The position numbers and the translations under genes were made by a program. Source: Phenylobacterium haematophilum (lineage in GTDB: Bacteria > Pseudomonadota > Alphaproteobacteria > Caulobacterales > Caulobacteraceae). Taken from it: 24,000 nucleotides of DNA. The stretch spans positions 825,768-849,767 of the forward strand of contig NZ_JACIDK010000002.1 of assembly GCF_014196295.1 (NCBI RefSeq), given 5' to 3'. The notes below the pieces were generated by a model that saw nothing but the letters and a program-made list of their open reading frames with translations, searched no databases and was not told where the DNA came from. Below are positions 20,349 to 24,000 of this stretch, one piece after another (positions within the stretch are counted from its first letter, which is position 1; the number at the start of each line of letters is the position of its first letter).

Positions 20349-22883
20349 GTGAGTTCATCGCTTCTCCCCCGCCGGATCGCCGCCCGCCTGCTTTGCGGAG
20401 TCGCCGCGGCCTCGCTCTGCGCCGGAGGCGCGCTGGCCCAGACCGACGAGCATGACCAGGAGACCGAGGTCGAGGAGCTGGTGGTCGTCGCCGGCCAGCG
20501 CACCCTGCCGGGCTCGGTGATCGGCGACATCACCCCAGAGCTGTCGATCTCGCCGCGCGAGATCCGGGCCTATGGCGCGGCCAGCGTCACCGAGCTGCTC
20601 GACGCGCTCTCGCCGCAGCTGACCAGCGGCCAGGGCTCGGGCGGGCGGCCGGTCGTGCTCATCAACGGCGGGCGGATCACCGGCTTTGCGGAAATCCGCG
20701 ACCTGCCGACCGAGGCGATCGCGCGGGTCGACATCCTGCCGGAAGAGGTCTCGCTGAAGTACGGCTATCCGGCCGACCAGAAGGTCGTGAACTTCGTGCT
20801 GCGCCAGCGCTTCAAGGCGACTTTGGCCGAGGCCTCGGGCTCGAGCCCGACCCAGGACGGCGGCGGCCAGAGCGTCATGGGCCACGGCTCGGTGCTGAAT
20901 ATCCTGCGCGGCCAGCGGCTGCTGCTGGACGCGCGGGTCACCGACACCAAGCCGATCTACGAAGGCGACCGCGACATCGTCGGCGGCGAGGGCGACCAGC
21001 GCACCCTGAGCTCGGACACTACCGCCCTGTCGCTGAACGGCGTCTATGCGCGGCCCCTGGGCGAGGGCGTCAACGGCACCATCAACGCCGGGCTCGACTT
21101 CACCGACAGCCAGGGCAGGCTCGGCCTGTCGCCGTTCTCGGACGACGCGCTGCTGCGCCGCTCCGAGACCACCTCGGGGCGGATCGCCGCCGCCGCGGCC
21201 GGCGCCTATGCCGGCTGGCAGTGGTCGACGACCGGCGGGCTGACCCAGGACGTGGCCAAGTCCTCGACCGACCGCGATTTCAGCGGCGTGCCCTATACCG
21301 ACCGCACCAAGAGCACCACCACGACCGCCCAGACCGATCTGGTGCTGAACCGGGCGCTGTGGGAGCTGCCGGCCGGCCAGGTCAGCACCACCCTGACCGC
21401 GCGGGTCTCGGCCACCCAGTTCGAGAGCGAGGCCGACCGCCTGGGCGTGACGACCTCCAACACCCTGGACCGCAACATCGGCCAGCTGCAGGCCAATTTC
21501 GACGTGCCGCTGATCCGCGACGGCGAGGGACTGGGCGAGCACCTCGGCAAGCTGTCGGCCAATGTGAACCTCGGCTACCAGAACCTGTCGGACTTCGGAG
21601 ACCTGCAGACGGTCGGTGGCGGGCTCAACTGGACGCCGATCAAGCCGCTGCGGGTGCTGGCCTCGTTCACGCGCACCGACCAGGCGCCGACCATGAACCA
21701 GCTGGGCGACCCGCTGACCTCGACCCCCGGCGTGCGGGTGTTCGACTTCCGCACCGGCCAGACCGTCGAGGTGACCCGCGTCAGCGGCGGCCTCTCGACT
21801 CTGGACTCCAGCCAGCGCGACACCCTCAAGCTTGGGGTCAGCTACAAGCCCTGGGATAAGGTGAACCTGAACTTCCAGGCCAACTACGTCTCGACCCGCA
21901 CCGACGATGCGGTGGCCGCGTTCCCGTCGGCCTCGACCCAGATCGAGGACGCCTTCCCCGACCGCTTCGTGCGCAATGCGGCCGGCGAGCTGACCCTGAT
22001 CGACGCGCGGCCGGTGAACTTCGCCAAGCAGTCGCGCGACGAGCTGCGCTACGGCTTCACCTATTCGCGCCCGGTCGGTCCGCAGCCGAGCCCGGAGCAG
22101 CAGGCGGCGATGCGCCAGAGGTTCCAGGCCGCGCAGGCCGAGCGGCAGCGCGCCGAAGGCCAGCAGGGTCAACGGGAAGGCCAGGGCGAGCAAGGCCAGG
22201 GTCAGCAGGGCCAGCGCCAACAGGGCGGTGGGCAGCAACGCCAGGGCGAAGGCCCGCCGGACGGTCCGCCGCCCGGCGACGGCCCGCCTCGCGGCGGCAT
22301 GGGCGGGGGCGGCGGCGATGGTCCCCGGATGGGCGGCGGCGGCTTCGGCGGCCCCGGCGGTGGCGGCGGGCGCATCGGCGGCTTCGGGCCGGGCGGCCCG
22401 CGCAACGGCGTCTTCCAGATCGGGCTCTATCACACCGTGGCGTTCAAGGACGAAGTCGAGATCCGGCCGGGCGTGCCGACCCTCGACCTGCTGGACGGCG
22501 GGGCGCTGGGCTCGGGCGGCGGCTCGCCGCGCCACCAGGTCGACCTGCAGGCCAACTACACCCGCGGTGGCCTGGGCGTGGCGGCGAACGCCAAGTGGCA
22601 GAGCGCGACCAAGGTCACCGGCCTGACCGCGGCCGAGGACCTGGAGTTCTCGGATTTGACGACCGTGAACCTGCGGCTGTTCGCTGACCTCGGCATGCAG
22701 CCCATCGCTCGCGAGCACCGCTGGCTGCGCGGCATGCGCGCCACCCTGTCGGTCGACAACCTGTTCGACGAGCGCCAGGACGTGAAGACCCCGCAAGGGA
22801 TCACGCCGATCAGCTACCAGCCGGACCTGCTGGACCCGGTCGGCCGCACGGTGAAGTTCACGGTGCGCAAGCTGTTCTTCTGA
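20349..22883 (+). CDS. TonB-dependent-receptor-like outer membrane protein with a low-complexity insertion
   Basis: 844 aa with a GTG start and no obvious SD. Signal peptide ...AAASLCAGGALAQ, TonB-box-like EELVVVAG, and a plug domain (ISPREIRAYGAASVTELLDAL...VLINGGRI...VDILPEE). The body has long alternating beta-strand character and the C-terminal OMP signature ...VKFTVRKLFF. Confidence 0.85.
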   Translation: MSSSLLPRRIAARLLCGVAAASLCAGGALAQTDEHDQETEVEELVVVAGQRTLPGSVIGDITPELSISPREIRAYGAASVTELLDALSPQLTSGQGSGGRPVVLINGGRITGFAEIRDLPTEAIARVDILPEEVSLKYGYPADQKVVNFVLRQRFKATLAEASGSSPTQDGGGQSVMGHGSVLNILRGQRLLLDARVTDTKPIYEGDRDIVGGEGDQRTLSSDTTALSLNGVYARPLGEGVNGTINAGLDFTDSQGRLGLSPFSDDALLRRSETTSGRIAAAAAGAYAGWQWSTTGGLTQDVAKSSTDRDFSGVPYTDRTKSTTTTAQTDLVLNRALWELPAGQVSTTLTARVSATQFESEADRLGVTTSNTLDRNIGQLQANFDVPLIRDGEGLGEHLGKLSANVNLGYQNLSDFGDLQTVGGGLNWTPIKPLRVLASFTRTDQAPTMNQLGDPLTSTPGVRVFDFRTGQTVEVTRVSGGLSTLDSSQRDTLKLGVSYKPWDKVNLNFQANYVSTRTDDAVAAFPSASTQIEDAFPDRFVRNAAGELTLIDARPVNFAKQSRDELRYGFTYSRPVGPQPSPEQQAAMRQRFQAAQAERQRAEGQQGQREGQGEQGQGQQGQRQQGGGQQRQGEGPPDGPPPGDGPPRGGMGGGGGDGPRMGGGGFGGPGGGGGRIGGFGPGGPRNGVFQIGLYHTVAFKDEVEIRPGVPTLDLLDGGALGSGGGSPRHQVDLQANYTRGGLGVAANAKWQSATKVTGLTAAEDLEFSDLTTVNLRLFADLGMQPIAREHRWLRGMRATLSVDNLFDERQDVKTPQGITPISYQPDLLDPVGRTVKFTVRKLFF
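22076..22400 (+). repeat. low-complexity Q/G/E/R, PPxG and poly-Gly coding tract inside the TBDR-like gene
   Basis: It translates to ...QPSPEQQAAMRQRFQAAQAERQRAEGQQGQREGQGEQGQGQQGQRQQGGGQQRQGEGPPDGPPPGDGPPRGGMGGGGGDGPRMGGGGFGGPGGGGGRIGGFGPGGPRNG. The DNA consists of reiterated CAGGGC/CAAGGC and GGCGGC units. Confidence 0.9.
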
Positions 22884-22897
22884 CAGACGCACCGCGC

Positions 22898-23046
22898 ACC
22901 CTTCTCCCCTCGGGGGCGAAGGGTGGACGCCGAAGGCGGCCGGATGAAGGGGGCGCAACGTTCTGGCGGGGGCAGCGTCGCGGAGGGGGCGCTCCCCCTC
23001 ATCCGACCCGCTGCGCGGGCCACCTTCTCCCGCAAGGGGAGAAGGA
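22898..23046. repeat. inverted pair of REP/MITE-like intergenic elements
   Basis: Copy 1 (22898-22956, forward): ACCCTTCTCCCCTCGGGGGCGAAGGGTGGACGCCGAAGGCGGCCGGATGAAGGGGGCGC. Copy 2 (22985-23046, reverse complement): ATCCTTCTCCCCTTGCGGGAGAAGGTGGCCCGCGCAGCGGGTCGGATGAGGGGGAGCGCC. Each has an internal hairpin; copy 2 has a perfect 9-bp stem (23023-23031 with 23037-23045). Confidence 0.65.
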
Positions 23047-23103
23047 TCGCTACGCAGACGCGTAGAACTCCGTCATGGTGCGGCCCAGCAAGGGAGGCTG
23101 CGC

Positions 23104-23640
23104 ATGGCGAGGCTGGTCTTTGGAATGAACTCGTCGCTGGACGGCTATGTCGACTACGACCGGTTCGCGCCGGATCCCGTGCTGTTCCAGCACTTCGTCG
23201 AGCAGGCGCGCGAGCAGACCGGGGCGATCTATGGCCGCGGGCTCTACGAGATCATGCGCTACTGGGACGACGACGATGCGGGCTGGGGCGAGGCCGAGCG
23301 CGCGTTCGCCGACGCCTGGCGGGCGCAGCACAAGTGGGTGGTGTCGCGCTCGTTGACCGAGGTCGGGCCGAACGCCACGCTGGTCGGTGAGGACTTCGAG
23401 GCGGTGCTGCGCAAGGTGAAGGCCGAGCAGCCCGGCGAGATCGAGGTCGGCGGGCCGGTGCTGGCCAGGAGCCTGGGCGAGGTCGGGCTCATCGACGTCT
23501 ACCGGATCTATCTGCATCCCGTCGTGCTGGGCCACGGCGATCCGTACTTCGTCGGGCCGCGGCCGCGGCTGCGGCTGGTCGCCCACGAAAGGATCGGCCC
23601 GGACGCGATCCGTCTGACCTACGAGCCGGCCGAGGGCTGA
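23104..23640 (+). CDS. dihydrofolate reductase family protein (RibD C-terminal domain type)
   Basis: 178 aa with GGGAGG 7 nt upstream. MARLVFGMNSSLDGYV... and ...IDVYRIYLHPVVLGHGDPYF are typical of the RibD_C / DHFR-like family. Confidence 0.8.
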   Translation: MARLVFGMNSSLDGYVDYDRFAPDPVLFQHFVEQAREQTGAIYGRGLYEIMRYWDDDDAGWGEAERAFADAWRAQHKWVVSRSLTEVGPNATLVGEDFEAVLRKVKAEQPGEIEVGGPVLARSLGEVGLIDVYRIYLHPVVLGHGDPYFVGPRPRLRLVAHERIGPDAIRLTYEPAEG

Positions 23641-23643
23641 GCG

Positions 23644-24000
23644 ATGTCCTTCGAGGGGTTCAAGCTTGAGCGCATGAGCACCGGCGAGGCGGTGCTGCGC
23701 TTTCGGCAGGGCGGCTCGGGGCCGCCGCTGCTGTTGCTGCACGGCTATCCGCAGACGCACATGATGTGGGGCCAGATCGCCGGCGAACTGGCCAAGGATT
23801 TCACGGTGGTGGCGCCGGACCTGCGCGGCTACGGCGGCTCATCGAAGCCGGCGACGACGCCCGACCACGAGCCCTATTCGAAGCGGGCGATGGCGCGCGA
23901 CATGGTGGCGCTGATGGCGGCGCTGGGGTTCGAGCGGTTCGACGTCGCCGGCCATGACCGCGGCGGACGCACCGCCTACCGCATGGCGCTGGATACGCCG
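23644..24000 (+). CDS. alpha/beta hydrolase (haloacetate dehalogenase / epoxide hydrolase-like), 5' partial
   Basis: Not in the ORF track because it is open at the window end. My own translation from ATG 23644: MSFEGFKLERMSTGEAVLRFRQGGSGPPLLLLHGYPQTHMMWGQIAGELAKDFTVVAPDLRGYGGSSKP...FDVAGHDRGGRTAYRMALDTP. It has the HGYPQ oxyanion region and the GHDRG nucleophile-Asp elbow. Confidence 0.8.
   Translation, partial: MSFEGFKLERMSTGEAVLRFRQGGSGPPLLLLHGYPQTHMMWGQIAGELAKDFTVVAPDLRGYGGSSKPATTPDHEPYSKRAMARDMVALMAALGFERFDVAGHDRGGRTAYRMALDTP

Noticed and set aside
22141-22400. Short tandem repeats that might look like a CRISPR array or VNTR
   Set aside because: The units are 6-9 nt, in frame and inside a CDS. 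There is no repeat-spacer architecture and no cas genes. I treated it as a low-complexity coding tract instead.
20355-22958. 867-aa minus-strand ORF antisense to the TBDR-like gene, and the smaller ORFs 20201-20533 and 20222-20455
   Set aside because: The plus frame has a signal peptide, plug domain, beta-barrel character and a C-terminal Phe. The antisense is a shadow ORF and the small ORFs lie in the regulatory spacer without an RBS.
22814-23390. ORFs 22814-23035 (minus, 73 aa) and 22923-23390 (plus, 155 aa)
   Set aside because: They are generated by the REP-like elements (the peptide contains the typical spurious GEKG/RGEG strings) or are out of frame over the DHFR-family gene.

Overview
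Very GC-rich alphaproteobacterial chromosome. It looks like Caulobacterales: the CcrM protein here matches long stretches of my recollection of Caulobacter crescentus CcrM, and two promoter-like sites fit the Caulobacter TTGACGS -35 consensus. The window reads as densely packed, conserved core genome rather than an accessory island. Left to right: 3' end of argS; a tandem glycine riboswitch driving gcvT-gcvH-gcvPA-gcvPB; a small PGPGW-like membrane protein; the membrane-sector ATP synthase operon atpI-atpB-atpE-atpF2-atpF on the minus strand; smc preceded by two tandem DsbA-like paralogs and a DUF721 (DciA-type) gene; divergent mutY; then a minus-strand run tag-rnhB-DUF2332-ccrM-grpB; a TonB-dependent-receptor-like outer membrane protein; a dihydrofolate-reductase-family protein; and the 5' end of an alpha/beta hydrolase. 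I found no tRNA, rRNA, CRISPR array, transposase, integrase, phage gene or recognisable defence system, and I do not see a convincing novel multi-gene system. The least explained signals are: (1) an array of six GCCGCCGATAG motifs in both orientations in the tag/TBDR divergent spacer; (2) a roughly 105-residue Q/G/P low-complexity insertion inside the barrel of the TBDR-like protein; (3) the ccrM leader, with three GANTC sites in 18 bp and a CtrA half-site; (4) a DUF2332 gene of unknown function, with a possibly leaderless promoter, embedded among DNA methylation and repair genes; (5) an inverted pair of REP/MITE-like elements. The many long antisense ORFs in the track are GC-driven shadow ORFs.
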